Assembly: GCA_902619825.1 (NCBI GenBank)
Contig: CACNFT010000001.1
Span: 265,534-329,533 of the forward strand
Length of the DNA: 64,000 bases
Source: an uncultured Candidatus Actinomarina sp.
GTDB lineage: Bacteria > Actinomycetota > Acidimicrobiia > Actinomarinales > Actinomarinaceae
Reading direction: 5' to 3'
In this document: positions 40,075 through 50,664 of the stretch, in pieces
Layout: each line of letters begins with the position of its first letter
Position numbering within the stretch: the stretch's first letter is position 1
The notes under the pieces: model-generated
What the model saw: the letters and a program-made list of their open reading frames with translations, nothing else
What the model was told of the DNA's origin: nothing
The model's database searches: none
Translations under genes and position numbers: made by a program

Positions 40075-40545
40075 TTATAATGCTGGAATTAGGGCTATGG
40101 CCTTTGGTGAAAGTGGTTTTCCAAGTATTCTTTCAAGAATTGTTCTTGCAAAAATAGGATCATCTAAAAGTTTTGAATAAATTAAATATCCAGCAAGGAT
40201 TCCTGGAACTTCTTCATCAAGATATTCTCTGTGAATTAAAAGTTTTCTTTCTTTGTCTGACAACGCTTCTTTAATTGCTTCAAAAATAACATCAACTGAC
40301 TCAACAGCCACATTTTCTCCAAGAGGAAAGTGATATGTTCTAAAACCAACTTCTTGATAGTTTTTTAAATTGAAGTCTGAATCAAGTAGTGAAAAAATCG
40401 AATTAATACCTTGACTCTTTAGCCACTGAATTTCTTCTTCTCTTCTAATTTTTCTAGCAGTTAGTCCACCGCCACCAATACATTCAGAGACTGCAAGTTT
40501 TCCTTCAATTATCCAAAAAAAATCGTTTGGTTTAAGTCCAGCCAT
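40075..40545 (-). CDS. Hypothetical protein, possibly phosphatase-fold (inserted between folP and folB)
   Basis: 156 aa ORF packed with 1-nt spacing to folB; WIIEGKLAVSE...GINSIFSLL...LLIHREY pattern loosely recalls dual-specificity phosphatase fold but without the HCxxGxxR P-loop; N-terminal SECIGGGGLTAR glycine loop. Confidence 0.35.
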   Translation of the reverse strand: MAGLKPNDFFWIIEGKLAVSECIGGGGLTARKIRREEEIQWLKSQGINSIFSLLDSDFNLKNYQEVGFRTYHFPLGENVAVESVDVIFEAIKEALSDKERKLLIHREYLDEEVPGILAGYLIYSKLLDDPIFARTILERILGKPLSPKAIALIPAL

Positions 40546-40590
40546 AAACTCCTCTTAAAGTAGCCTAACATAATACAGTAAACAAATAAT

Positions 40591-41334
40591 CTAATTATCT
40601 AGGTGCAATCTGACTAAATCAACTCCTGAATGCAAACAATGATCTTTCATTTCACTACTTGTCATTTTTATTTGATTAGTAAATTTTTTTCTTGAATAAC
40701 CAACAACCACTGGGTAGGTTTTTATTAAATTATTTAGATTCAAAAATAATTCTATAGAATCATCCATTTTTTTTCCAAATCCTAATCCTGGATCAACAGC
40801 TATTTGAGATTTATTAATTCCTTTCTTTATCAAGTTTTCAGTTTGATTAATTAGGTGAGTATTAACTTCGTCGACAACATCGACATAATCCATTTTTTCC
40901 TGAATATTATTTGAAGCAGGGTTTCTATGCATCATAATAATTCCACATTCACTTTGGATTGCAAGCTCAATCATTTTACTTTCTGAGAAACCTGAGACAT
41001 CATTAATAATTAAAAATCCTGACTTCAATGCTCTTTCGGCAACCAATGAATTTAATGTGTCTATCGAATAGTAAAATTTATCAGACATATTATCTAGAAA
41101 AAAATTGAGTCTATCCAGCTCTTCATTCGTATTTATCATTTCGAAATCTGGCTTGGTAGACATACACCCAACATCTAGAAAGTTAATATTATTTTCTAAA
41201 GCAAAGTTAAACCTTTCTTTAAGTCGCTTTTTTGAATGTAGTATTCCATCTCCACTAAAAGAATCATCTGTAACATTAATTATTCCAAAAGTTTTATTTT
41301 CAAGTTGTTTTAAAAAGTTTTTCCAATCAAACAA
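40591..41334 (-). CDS. folP: Dihydropteroate synthase
   Basis: GIINVTDDSFSGDG pterin-binding motif; 247 aa. Confidence 0.88.
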   Translation of the reverse strand: MFDWKNFLKQLENKTFGIINVTDDSFSGDGILHSKKRLKERFNFALENNINFLDVGCMSTKPDFEMINTNEELDRLNFFLDNMSDKFYYSIDTLNSLVAERALKSGFLIINDVSGFSESKMIELAIQSECGIIMMHRNPASNNIQEKMDYVDVVDEVNTHLINQTENLIKKGINKSQIAVDPGLGFGKKMDDSIELFLNLNNLIKTYPVVVGYSRKKFTNQIKMTSSEMKDHCLHSGVDLVRLHLDN

Positions 41335-41335
41335 T

Positions 41336-41902
41336 TTAACTCATGTTTAATGAAGCTTCAGCTCTCAAAGAAGAATCTAACTCATAAATGCCTGTTGAGA
41401 AGGTTGTTGTAATATCCCCTATTGCATTTTCAGGACTTAATAGATCTGAACACAAGTGCTTAGCTTTAACTTTTACATGCACTCCATCACAATCTAAATT
41501 GGAGTAAATCAATTGGGATATTTCCTCAGTAAATTTTTCCTGAAGCGTTAAATTACTTGATAAATTATTTACTAAATCACTGAATTTAGAGAATCCTATT
41601 ATGTCTTTCTTTGGCAAAACAGCAATACTTACGTGTCCAAAAAAAGGAAACATGTGATGTTCACAAAATGAAATAAACGGAATCTCGTTTACATAAATTG
41701 GTTGGTTATGTTCGACATCGTTAAGTTCAGAAAAAATTGACTCTATAGTCTTCTTTTCAAAATTTAGTTTATTTTCAATCTGATTTAAAAATTTTGTAGC
41801 AATTGTTTTTGCTGTATCCTCAGTTTTTCCTGAAATCTGAGAAATAAATTCTGCAAGAGCGCTTTCAAGCTGAGTATTTAATTTATCAACCTTCTTGCTC
41901 AT
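41336..41902 (-). CDS. folE: GTP cyclohydrolase I
   Basis: [18 protein letters not shown] active-site motif; 188 aa. Confidence 0.9.
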   Translation of the reverse strand: MSKKVDKLNTQLESALAEFISQISGKTEDTAKTIATKFLNQIENKLNFEKKTIESIFSELNDVEHNQPIYVNEIPFISFCEHHMFPFFGHVSIAVLPKKDIIGFSKFSDLVNNLSSNLTLQEKFTEEISQLIYSNLDCDGVHVKVKAKHLCSDLLSPENAIGDITTTFSTGIYELDSSLRAEASLNMS

Positions 41903-43764
41903 GCTAATTTTAAATTTTTGCCAGAACCTGTGATGTTTACTTTTTTTATTTTATTAAATATTCTTGCAACTTCTTCTCTATCGATTGTTTCTTTTTCCAT
42001 CAAAACTTTTACCATGTCTTCCATTTGCTTTTTAAACTTTGCAAGTATTTTTCCTGCGATTATGTGTGCGTCACTCAAAAGGCTCTTAACCTCTTCATCT
42101 ATTGATGAGGCAACTTCGTCAGAATAATCCTGCTGCCTTCCGTAGTCTCGACCGAGAAATACTTCATTTGTTCCTTTTCCATAAAGCATAGGTCCAAGCT
42201 TTTCACTCATTCCAAATTCCATAACCATTCTTCTTGCAATCTCTGTTGCTTTCTCAATATCATTTGAAGCTCCGGTAGTTGGGTCAGCGAAAATTAGCTC
42301 TTCAGCAACTCTTCCACCCATCAGCATTGCCAATCTGTCTTTAAGTTCTGCTTTTGAAGTTAAATACTTTTCACTGTCAGGGAGGGCTTGGGTGTATCCG
42401 AGAGCACGTCCTCTTGGAATAATTGTAACCTTATGGATCGGATCAGCATTTGGTAGAGCCCACCCTACAAGAGCATGTCCAGTTTCATGATAAGCAATGA
42501 TTAATTTTTCTTCTTCAGTCAAAATCTGACTTTTCTTTTCTGGTCCAGCTAAGACTCTATCGATTGAGTTTTCTATGTCTGAATTAGAAATTGTTTTTTT
42601 GCTTTTTCGAGCTGCAAGTAAAGCAGCTTCATTTAATAAGTTTGCTAAATCTGCTCCTGTAAATCCAGGGGTTTGCTTAGCAATGGTCTCTAAACTTACA
42701 TTTTTGGCAATAGGTTTATCAGCCGCATGAACTTTGAGAATCTGTGTTCTTCCTTTTAGATCGGGCCTATCTACAATTACTTGTCGATCAAATCTACCAG
42801 GTCTCAGCAAAGCGGGGTCCAATACATCTGGTCTATTTGTTGCTGCCATCAAAATTACACCCTGGTTTGCTTCAAAACCATCCATTTCTACAAGAAGTTG
42901 ATTTAATGTTTGTTCTCTTTCATCATGACCACCACCCAAACCAGCGCCTCTCATTCTACCTACTGCATCTATCTCATCTATAAAAATTATTGCTGGAGAA
43001 GACTCTTTGGCTTTTTTGAATAGATCTCTTACTCTGCTTGCTCCAACGCCAACAAACATTTCTACAAAATCAGATCCTGAAATACTGAAAAAAGGTACAT
43101 TAGATTCTCCTGCTACTGCTTTTGCCAATAAAGTTTTTCCGGTTCCTGGTGGCCCAACAAGAAGAACGCCTTTTGGAATTTTTGCTCCAAGCTTATTGAA
43201 TTTTTCCGGAGATTTTAAAAATTCTTTTATTTCCTCAAGCTCTTCTTTTGCTTCCTCCGCTCCTGCAACATCTTTAAATGTTACTTTTGGAGACTCTTCA
43301 TCTAATTCTTTTGCTTTTGACTTGCCAAATTGCATAATTTGATTTCCATTTGAGCGAACCTGAGAAAACATAAAAAACATAAATCCAGCTAAAAATATCC
43401 AAGGAAGAAATGCTATGAAATAGTCCTGCATACCTGCAGGTTCAGTGTCGGTGTTTAAAACAATATTTTGATCAATCAATAATTTGAATATTTCTCCTTC
43501 AAAACCTTCTGGGTAGTCTGTTTGAAAAAGTGAATCATTATTAGCCAGTTTGTATTCAACTGTGTTTGATTGTTCTTTTATAGTTGCTTCTGTGACTAAT
43601 CCTTGATTTATTTGAGTTTGAAACTCTGAAAAAGTTGAATTTTCAGGAGCATTTATTGTTTGATTGTATCTTTGAGCACCAAAGAATATCAATAATCCTA
43701 ATGAAACATATATAAATAAAGATCTGTTTCTTTTTTTATTTTGTTCTTGTTTACTTTCTTCCAC
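41899..43764 (-). CDS. ftsH: ATP-dependent zinc metalloprotease FtsH
   Basis: N-terminal TM anchor, AAA Walker [17 protein letters not shown] zinc-binding motif; 621 aa. Confidence 0.93.
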   Translation of the reverse strand: MEESKQEQNKKRNRSLFIYVSLGLLIFFGAQRYNQTINAPENSTFSEFQTQINQGLVTEATIKEQSNTVEYKLANNDSLFQTDYPEGFEGEIFKLLIDQNIVLNTDTEPAGMQDYFIAFLPWIFLAGFMFFMFSQVRSNGNQIMQFGKSKAKELDEESPKVTFKDVAGAEEAKEELEEIKEFLKSPEKFNKLGAKIPKGVLLVGPPGTGKTLLAKAVAGESNVPFFSISGSDFVEMFVGVGASRVRDLFKKAKESSPAIIFIDEIDAVGRMRGAGLGGGHDEREQTLNQLLVEMDGFEANQGVILMAATNRPDVLDPALLRPGRFDRQVIVDRPDLKGRTQILKVHAADKPIAKNVSLETIAKQTPGFTGADLANLLNEAALLAARKSKKTISNSDIENSIDRVLAGPEKKSQILTEEEKLIIAYHETGHALVGWALPNADPIHKVTIIPRGRALGYTQALPDSEKYLTSKAELKDRLAMLMGGRVAEELIFADPTTGASNDIEKATEIARRMVMEFGMSEKLGPMLYGKGTNEVFLGRDYGRQQDYSDEVASSIDEEVKSLLSDAHIIAGKILAKFKKQMEDMVKVLMEKETIDREEVARIFNKIKKVNITGSGKNLKLA

Positions 43765-43806
43765 ATTTTAAATTTAATAGAAGTGAGGTTAAATAAATAG
43801 TCAAAG

Positions 43807-44319
43807 TTAGGATAAAACCGCAAGATAAGGAAGTTCTCTATATTTTCCTTCAAAATCTAAACCGTAACCAACTACAAATTCTGGTCCTATCTTAAACCCA
43901 TGATATTTAATATCTAGTGAAGTTGTTTTGTCAGTATCTTTAATAAACATACACATAAATTCTAAACTTTTTGGATTTCTTGAATCTAATATTTTTTTTA
44001 AATATGAAAGGGTAAGGCCTGTATCAAAAATATCCTCAACAATTAAAATGTTCTTTCCACTTATATCTATATCTAAATCTTTTTCGATCTTAACCTGACC
44101 AGATGTTTCTGTGCCTTCGTACGAAGACACACTGATAAAATCAAATGATACATCTACTTTGAGCCTTTTTGCTAAATCACTTACTGTAATAAATGCTCCT
44201 TTTAAAATACCAATAATCAGTAAATCTTGGCCTTCATAATCCTCATTAATCTGATCACCAATCTCATTGATTTTGCTTTGTATTTCTGACTCAGATATTA
44301 ATTCTTTACTAATCTTCAA
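43807..44319 (-). CDS. hpt: Hypoxanthine phosphoribosyltransferase
   Basis: PRPP-binding ILIVEDIFDTGLTL motif; 170 aa. Confidence 0.88.
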   Translation of the reverse strand: MKISKELISESEIQSKINEIGDQINEDYEGQDLLIIGILKGAFITVSDLAKRLKVDVSFDFISVSSYEGTETSGQVKIEKDLDIDISGKNILIVEDIFDTGLTLSYLKKILDSRNPKSLEFMCMFIKDTDKTTSLDIKYHGFKIGPEFVVGYGLDFEGKYRELPYLAVLS

Positions 44320-45571
44320 ATGAACCCTTTTCTACAGAAGCAACAAGTATATTTGATTTATATTTTTTTTCATTTTTAATTGCTTCATCTGATTTTCTTA
44401 ATCCTACGATCCAATACAAAGTGTCATTAACATATATAAGTGGCCACAAATTTCTCAATTCGCTATTTACTCCATAATTTCTAAATATTTCTGTTACTTT
44501 AAGCGAATTATTTCCGGATATGATTTTTTCCCCATCTTGTAAAGTTTGAATTGAAACATTGGATCCTTCGGGTATAGAAATGCTCCATTTATTAAAAATG
44601 TCAATCGATGAAATTTTTTTAAAACTAAAAAATCCATAATTTTCAAAATTAGATTTATCATGTATTATCCATTTATTTTTATCTATAAATAAAACTGACC
44701 CTCCAGATTTAAAACATATCCAATCCTTAAAAAAGTCTATTTTTATATTTTCATTTATAACTTTTTCTACTTTTTCAATATCTTTTTTTTCTATGGCATT
44801 CATGCCGATATATTTACCAACCCGATTTAAATAATATTGTTTCTCTAAACTCATATTGTCTATAAATAAAGCTGGTATCTCAACATATCCCTCAGATTTT
44901 TTTATATACTTCAAATTATCGTTGTCATAATTTGATCTAAATGCTACCTCATTTGATAATTGATCTGCTTTTGATTCAAATGAACCTGGAAATTTATTAT
45001 TTATCTCAGGAATTAAAAAATTTCTTATCCAATTTCTAACAATATTGTTATCTTTATTTGTTGGGTCTTCGGAATAAGGTATGTCATTTTTCTTAGCGTA
45101 TTCATAAATTTCTTTTTTTGAAATATTAATCATTGGCTTACTTGATAAAGAATTTTCTGAATTGATTGATTTAAGTCCTTCAAGCCTTGTACCTCTAAAT
45201 AAATTTATTAATAATGTCTCTGCCTTGTCTGATAAATTATGGCCTGTGAGCAAGACTTCATCTTTTTTTAAGTTTGATAAAAGATGCTTATATCTTTCAT
45301 CTCTCATTTCAGTTTCAGATGAATTAGGTTTTAAAGTAGTCTGAATTACTTCCAAATCTAAATTTAATGATTTTGCTACTTTTTTTGCTGAGGCTTCTAA
45401 ATCTTTAGAGTGTACTTGGTTGTGCTGAACAAACACAAGCCTTATATTTTTTGACATTTTACATAGAATATGAGCTAAGACTGAACTATCGACACCGCCA
45501 CTTAAAGCGATAACAAGATTTTTAGATGCGTCAATATTACTTTGAACGATGTTTTCAATTGAAGAATTCAT
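44309..45571 (-). CDS. tilS: tRNA(Ile)-lysidine synthetase
   Basis: PP-loop LSGGVDSSVL; 420 aa; conserved hpt-tilS linkage. Confidence 0.85.
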   Translation of the reverse strand: MNSSIENIVQSNIDASKNLVIALSGGVDSSVLAHILCKMSKNIRLVFVQHNQVHSKDLEASAKKVAKSLNLDLEVIQTTLKPNSSETEMRDERYKHLLSNLKKDEVLLTGHNLSDKAETLLINLFRGTRLEGLKSINSENSLSSKPMINISKKEIYEYAKKNDIPYSEDPTNKDNNIVRNWIRNFLIPEINNKFPGSFESKADQLSNEVAFRSNYDNDNLKYIKKSEGYVEIPALFIDNMSLEKQYYLNRVGKYIGMNAIEKKDIEKVEKVINENIKIDFFKDWICFKSGGSVLFIDKNKWIIHDKSNFENYGFFSFKKISSIDIFNKWSISIPEGSNVSIQTLQDGEKIISGNNSLKVTEIFRNYGVNSELRNLWPLIYVNDTLYWIVGLRKSDEAIKNEKKYKSNILVASVEKGSFED

Positions 45572-45581
45572 AAAAACTTGT

Positions 45582-45860
45582 TTACTTTTTTATTACTTTA
45601 TATCTCTTTTTTGTAACTTGTCTAAAGTATTGAACTATATTTCCGATAATTACAAGGGTTGCAATAGCAACACTTGTAGGAATTAGAAACTTATATGTCC
45701 ATTGGGGATCTTCTGGAACCTCTATCTCTTCTTCAATTACAATTGCTGGTATTGGAGTTTGTTCGTGGTCGTCTTTAAAGCTTGAAGAGTCATTAGGAAT
45801 TGCCAATGCATGACTGTTAATAAATAAGAAAATAAAAAACATTGCCAAAAACTTTTTCAC
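45582..45860 (-). CDS. Hypothetical small secreted/membrane-anchored acidic protein
   Basis: 92 aa; N-terminal signal peptide (FFIFLFINSHALA), acidic middle, C-terminal TM + KKRYK stop-transfer. Confidence 0.35.
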   Translation of the reverse strand: MKKFLAMFFIFLFINSHALAIPNDSSSFKDDHEQTPIPAIVIEEEIEVPEDPQWTYKFLIPTSVAIATLVIIGNIVQYFRQVTKKRYKVIKK

Positions 45861-45915
45861 ATTAAAAGACTACACAATCATGAAAAAAAAATAAATTTAT
45901 ATTGGATTTATTTTG

Positions 45916-45987
45916 AGCCGAAGGAGGGAATTGAACCCTCGGCCTGCTCATTACGAGTGAGCTGCTCTACCACTGAGCTACTTCGGC
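45916..45987 (-). tRNA. tRNA-Thr (anticodon CGT)
   Basis: Reverse complement: acceptor GCCGAAG/CTTCGGC, D-arm TAGCTCAGTGGTAGAGCA, anticodon stem GCTCA/TGAGC with loop CTCGTAA, T-arm GGGTTCAATTCCC; paralog of the TGT isoacceptor at 22228-22299. Confidence 0.85.
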
Positions 45988-46011
45988 AAAGAAAAGGATT
46001 GTAAGAAGATC

Positions 46012-47094
46012 TTAAATATCCTCGATTTTCTCCCAGTTTCTATTCTTATGTCCAAAATGAGAGAACAATGTATCTTCCCTGTAGTTTACATTTAATAAAT
46101 CTAATCGCTCAATAATTACTCCAGGCTTCATGCCAAACCTTGATACAAAATCATTTAAGACAGAATCTTTTTCTTTTTGAGAATCAAATGTATCAACTGA
46201 TAATTCATATGGTTCTGCTTTACCTATTGCATAGGCAACTCTTATCTGACATTTATCTGCCAAATTATGAGCAACTATATTCTTTGCTAAATGTCTTGCT
46301 GCATATGCTGCTGAACGATCAACTTTTGATGGGTCTTTTCCAGAAAATGCACCACCACCAACGGGCACAGTTGGTCCATATGCATCAACAACGATTTTTC
46401 TCCCTGTCAGTCCAGTATCTCCAGCAGGCCCACCTTTAACAAATGAACCAGATGGGTTAAGATCAAACTGAAATTTTCCATCAACGTATTTCTTTATCAT
46501 ATCTTCAAGATTGATTCTTAGTTCATCAATATCTATATCTTTTTTATGCTGTGTGGATATAACAACTTTTGTTTCTCCTCCACCTGTTGTCACCTGAACT
46601 TTAGAATCTAAATCAAGTTTTTCATCATTATTCTGAATTTCCCAAAGAGCCATTTGAATATTTCTACTGATATCAAAGGTAGGAGGCATAAAAGATTCAG
46701 TTTCATTGGTAGCATAGCCAACCATAATACCTTGATCTCCTGCTCCTAAGTCTTCGTCATCCTCAACTGCAGATCTTATCTCCTCAGATTGAGGTGTTAA
46801 CTCATTTTGAATTTTTAAACTATCTAATTGAAAATCCTCAAAGCTTGTCTTTATTGTTTTTGCTAGTGCATCTTTAACTATTTTTTCAATACCTTTATCA
46901 TCTATTTTTGCAATATCACTAATTTCTCCACCAACAACAACTAATCCACCATAAGTTGTACCAGTTAAAAATGTTTCTACTGCAACTCTTGATTCACTGT
47001 TGTTTGAAAGGGCTTCAGTCAAAACATAGTCTGAAATTAAATCAGCAATTTTATCGGGATGTCCGGGAGAGACTGTTTCAGCTGTTTTATACAT
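46012..47094 (-). CDS. metK: S-adenosylmethionine synthetase
   Basis: GHPDKIADLISD N-terminal motif and GGGAFSGKDPSKVDRSAAYAARH P-loop signature; 360 aa. Confidence 0.9.
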   Translation of the reverse strand: MYKTAETVSPGHPDKIADLISDYVLTEALSNNSESRVAVETFLTGTTYGGLVVVGGEISDIAKIDDKGIEKIVKDALAKTIKTSFEDFQLDSLKIQNELTPQSEEIRSAVEDDEDLGAGDQGIMVGYATNETESFMPPTFDISRNIQMALWEIQNNDEKLDLDSKVQVTTGGGETKVVISTQHKKDIDIDELRINLEDMIKKYVDGKFQFDLNPSGSFVKGGPAGDTGLTGRKIVVDAYGPTVPVGGGAFSGKDPSKVDRSAAYAARHLAKNIVAHNLADKCQIRVAYAIGKAEPYELSVDTFDSQKEKDSVLNDFVSRFGMKPGVIIERLDLLNVNYREDTLFSHFGHKNRNWEKIEDI

Positions 47095-47201
47095 TGCTAT
47101 ATATGCTCCTTAAAATTTACATAAATAAGCATAATTATATTAATAATTCTTTGGATTAGTTTCTACTTTAACTTAATCAAATTAGTTATTATCCTTCTGC
47201 T

Positions 47202-48377
47202 ATGTCATCTGAGATTAAAAAAATTTACAACTTATTATTCTCAGTAGGTTTTTCATCCATAGGCTTTATTGCCGCTATAACTGTAACGGCATTGGCTGTA
47301 AGAGAAGTTACTACAAATCCCTATTTAGTAGGTGCTCCTAATGCATTAGGTGTTGGCGGTGCGTATGTTGGAACTCAAATTTTTGAGTATCTTCAAAATA
47401 AATATTCTAGAATGAGCGCACTAACTTACACATTCTTTACAGGTGGCTTGGGGGGACTTGTCTGTTTTATTAGTCTTTTAATAAACTCACTTTATTTACT
47501 TCTTTTGGGTGCATTTATATTAGGTATTGGTCAGTCAGCAACATTGCAGACAAGGTATGCTTCGTCATTTTTAGTTAAAGAAAATTTTAGGGCAACAGCA
47601 TTGTCATTGGCAATATGGTTTTCTGTTTTTGGTTCTGTGTTCGGGCCTAGGCTTGTCGGCCAATACTCTTCAACTTTTGAAGAAATGTTTGGCTCTGAAT
47701 TAATAGTTGCCTACTTAATTGCAACATTAGGTTTTTTACTTGCTGGTATATCAGTGTTAGGACTTACTAAAAAGGACAGCAAATTAAGATTGCCTGCTTC
47801 TGCGATTAAAAAGGGCACAAGCAATAAACTTGATAAAACTGCAAAACAACTTACCGTGTTATTAGTTATAAATCACTTTGTAATGGTCATTATCATGGCT
47901 TCAACCCCCTTGCATATTCAAGATATAGGAGAAACAATCCAAGTAGTCGGCACAATAATAAGTTATCACACTCTTGGAATGTTTGTATTTTCTCCGGTGT
48001 TAGGTGGAATAGTAGACAGAATTGGTTCAAAAAAAATATCAATTTCTGGTGGAGTTATTTTATTAGCTAGTTGCATATTTGCTCTTAATAGTGAGGATAT
48101 GTTTTTGCTACACTTAAGTTTATTTTTGCTTGGTCTTGGTTGGAACTTTAACTTTGTTGCAATAAGTTCTGAAATCTCAAAATATTCCATTACGAAGAAA
48201 ACAAACTTAAATATTAAAAGCGACTCTTTTGTATTTATAGGAAGTTTGGTAGCCCAGTCTTCATTAGGTTTAACATATACTTTTATAGGATTTAGAGGAC
48301 TTGTAACGTTTGGTATTTCTTGTGCTGTAATCTTGCTAATTTCATTAATCCGAAACTCCTCAGAGCTATTAACTTAA
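47202..48377 (+). CDS. MFS transporter
   Basis: 391 aa, ~12 TM helices in 6+6 arrangement with central loop. Confidence 0.7.
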   Translation: MSSEIKKIYNLLFSVGFSSIGFIAAITVTALAVREVTTNPYLVGAPNALGVGGAYVGTQIFEYLQNKYSRMSALTYTFFTGGLGGLVCFISLLINSLYLLLLGAFILGIGQSATLQTRYASSFLVKENFRATALSLAIWFSVFGSVFGPRLVGQYSSTFEEMFGSELIVAYLIATLGFLLAGISVLGLTKKDSKLRLPASAIKKGTSNKLDKTAKQLTVLLVINHFVMVIIMASTPLHIQDIGETIQVVGTIISYHTLGMFVFSPVLGGIVDRIGSKKISISGGVILLASCIFALNSEDMFLLHLSLFLLGLGWNFNFVAISSEISKYSITKKTNLNIKSDSFVFIGSLVAQSSLGLTYTFIGFRGLVTFGISCAVILLISLIRNSSELLT

Positions 48378-48379
48378 AA

Positions 48380-49216
48380 TCAAATCTCGATACTAAAGAG
48401 ATCGTATCCAATATATATATTTCCATCATAATATTTCTTAAGTTCCTCTAACACTTTCTCTTCATCAAAATTTGGGGGGACAAAATGTGTGAGGACTAAA
48501 TTTTTTGTTTTTGTTTGGTTTGCAATATCTCCCACATCTTTTGTGCTTGTATGGTACTTCTCAATATTTTTTATTGTTTCTAAGGTCATCCGGTTTTTAT
48601 CCATTTCTAAATTAACAAATAATTCATGTACTAAAATATCAGAGTCCTTTGCTTCCTTTATTAAATTTTCAGATTTCTTGGTGTCACCTGATATAACAAT
48701 TATTTTTTCTTCATCATTTTCAGTAACATTTATTTTAAAACCATAAGCTGGGTTTACAGGTTGATGATCGACTTTAAAAGGGCGGATTGTTACATTTTCA
48801 GAAATAAACTTATATCCTTCATCAATCTCAACAACTTCGAAGTTTAAGCCATCTTCATTAGGTCTCATCTCATATTTTTTTCTTAATTCAAGTTCATCTG
48901 AATAAGATTCAAGCTGCTTAATAAAGAAATGTTCTAGTCCAGCTGGACCAACAATCTTAAATGGTTTTTTTCTTCCTTGGTGCCATCCAGAAATATATAT
49001 TTGGTATAAGTCAACTATATGGTCTGAGTGCATGTGAGTAATGAAAACTTCATCTATATCAGAACTTTTTAATCCTAATTTGTTAAGTCTTTGAGTTACT
49101 CCAGAACCAACATCAAAGAGATAGTTTTTTTTATTTATTTGTACGAGAGTAGATGGGCCAAATCTGATATGGCTTGGAGCAGGGCATCCAGTCCCTAATA
49201 GAACTATCCGATTCAT
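48380..49216 (-). CDS. MBL-fold metallo-hydrolase (RNase Z/ElaC-like)
   Basis: ITHMHSDHI (HxHxDH) zinc-binding motif; 278 aa. Confidence 0.7.
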   Translation of the reverse strand: MNRIVLLGTGCPAPSHIRFGPSTLVQINKKNYLFDVGSGVTQRLNKLGLKSSDIDEVFITHMHSDHIVDLYQIYISGWHQGRKKPFKIVGPAGLEHFFIKQLESYSDELELRKKYEMRPNEDGLNFEVVEIDEGYKFISENVTIRPFKVDHQPVNPAYGFKINVTENDEEKIIVISGDTKKSENLIKEAKDSDILVHELFVNLEMDKNRMTLETIKNIEKYHTSTKDVGDIANQTKTKNLVLTHFVPPNFDEEKVLEELKKYYDGNIYIGYDLFSIEI

Positions 49217-50067
49217 AATTTACTTGATTCAACAATCAGATTATTAATAGCTATTCTAGGCCTTATCCCATTTGATAAGTCCTCAATTAAATTTGTTAAT
49301 AATTCTGAATATCTAAATTCTATTCTAGAAAAGTTTTGTATTGATAAAATACTGTTAACAAGATACTCGATTGTACTTTGAAAAACTTTCAAAGTATTTA
49401 CATTTTCAATATCTAAATCATCAATTTTTTTTTCTAACTCGATAAATTTAAATAATCTTTCATTTGTCTCACTATTAATTGTTTTTAATTCTTGTAAAGT
49501 ACTAGAAATTGATTCAAGTCTTTCTTTTGTTCCATTTAAAATATATTCATTATCAATATCTAAAAAATTTATTATTTCATCGAAGTCAAAATTGTAACTA
49601 TATGTAAATTCGTCATCTATATATATTGTCCTGCATCTACTCTTGAGCGTAGGCAAAATACTCTTAACTGAATCATCTTTAGCATGTGACCAATACCTAC
49701 CATTTGATGTGATAATAAAAATATTAGATTCTGATGGTTCCTCTAGAGTTTTCAACAATGCATTTGATGACTCTTCAGTAAGAGATCTGTCTGGAGGAAA
49801 AATAAATATTTTATACTGACCCTCGATTGGAAAAATGCTTTCATCATTTATTACTTGTCTTATGTCATTTACACCAAGAGTGTTTTGGTTTTCAGATGTC
49901 ACCACTCTTATATCTGGATGGTTGATAATTTGGTTTTCATTAAAGAGTAGAGATGAGGAAAATAGTTTTGATTGTTCTATCAAGTATTTTGAAGAGCTTG
50001 AAATTAATAGGTAAGAATGAAAAGGGTTTTCAGTTTCGTTTTTTAGTATTTGATTTAATTCAGTCAA
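49213..50067 (-). CDS. holB: DNA polymerase III subunit delta' (clamp-loader)
   Basis: ILPTLKSRCRTIYI matches delta' sensor-2 (LPTIxSRC); conserved tmk-holB linkage; 284 aa. Confidence 0.65.
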   Translation of the reverse strand: MTELNQILKNETENPFHSYLLISSSSKYLIEQSKLFSSSLLFNENQIINHPDIRVVTSENQNTLGVNDIRQVINDESIFPIEGQYKIFIFPPDRSLTEESSNALLKTLEEPSESNIFIITSNGRYWSHAKDDSVKSILPTLKSRCRTIYIDDEFTYSYNFDFDEIINFLDIDNEYILNGTKERLESISSTLQELKTINSETNERLFKFIELEKKIDDLDIENVNTLKVFQSTIEYLVNSILSIQNFSRIEFRYSELLTNLIEDLSNGIRPRIAINNLIVESSKL

Positions 50068-50662
50068 GCTCTAACCATTTATAAATTGTCTTTAAGTTTT
50101 CTGTTAAATCTAATGTTGCATCAACTACCAAAAAATTCTCATTAAATTTTTCCGAGAGTTGAAGATAACCCTCTCTTACTTTTTTAAAAAAATCCAGTTC
50201 CGAACTTCCGATTCGATCATTGATTTTTTGTCTTTTTAAAGATACCTCAGGATCAATATCTAATAGTATTACCTTTTCGGGCCAATATCCTTCAACTGCT
50301 ATGTCATTAATTTCATAAATTCTATCAAAACCCAACTCTCTCCCAACACCCTGATAGGCAACTGAAGAATACGCACTTCTATCTGATATGATTTTTATGC
50401 CATTTTTAATTGATGGTTTAATTATTTCCCTTACAAGGTTTGCTCTGTTTGCAGAAAAGAGCAATGCTTCTGTCAAAGGCTCAACCGTATATTCATGGCT
50501 CAGTAAAAGCTCTCGTATGCCTTCTCCAAGTTTTGAACCACCTGGTTCCCTTACCACTTTAAAATCTATTGATTTTTTTTCTAGATGACTACTTAATGCT
50601 TCGATATAGCTTGTTTTTCCAGAACCATCAACACCCTCGAAAGCAACATAATCTGTATTCAA
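50060..50662 (-). CDS. tmk: Thymidylate kinase
   Basis: P-loop FEGVDGSGKTS, DRS/Y motif region; 200 aa. Confidence 0.88.
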   Translation of the reverse strand: MNTDYVAFEGVDGSGKTSYIEALSSHLEKKSIDFKVVREPGGSKLGEGIRELLLSHEYTVEPLTEALLFSANRANLVREIIKPSIKNGIKIISDRSAYSSVAYQGVGRELGFDRIYEINDIAVEGYWPEKVILLDIDPEVSLKRQKINDRIGSSELDFFKKVREGYLQLSEKFNENFLVVDATLDLTENLKTIYKWLELD

Positions 50663-50664
50663 AT

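Noticed and set aside
47095-47201. Possible SAM riboswitch upstream of metK
   Set aside because: The spacer is only ~107 bp, shared with a divergent MFS gene, and is AT-rich; no SAM-I/SAM-IV conserved stems or GC-rich pairing elements were recognisable.
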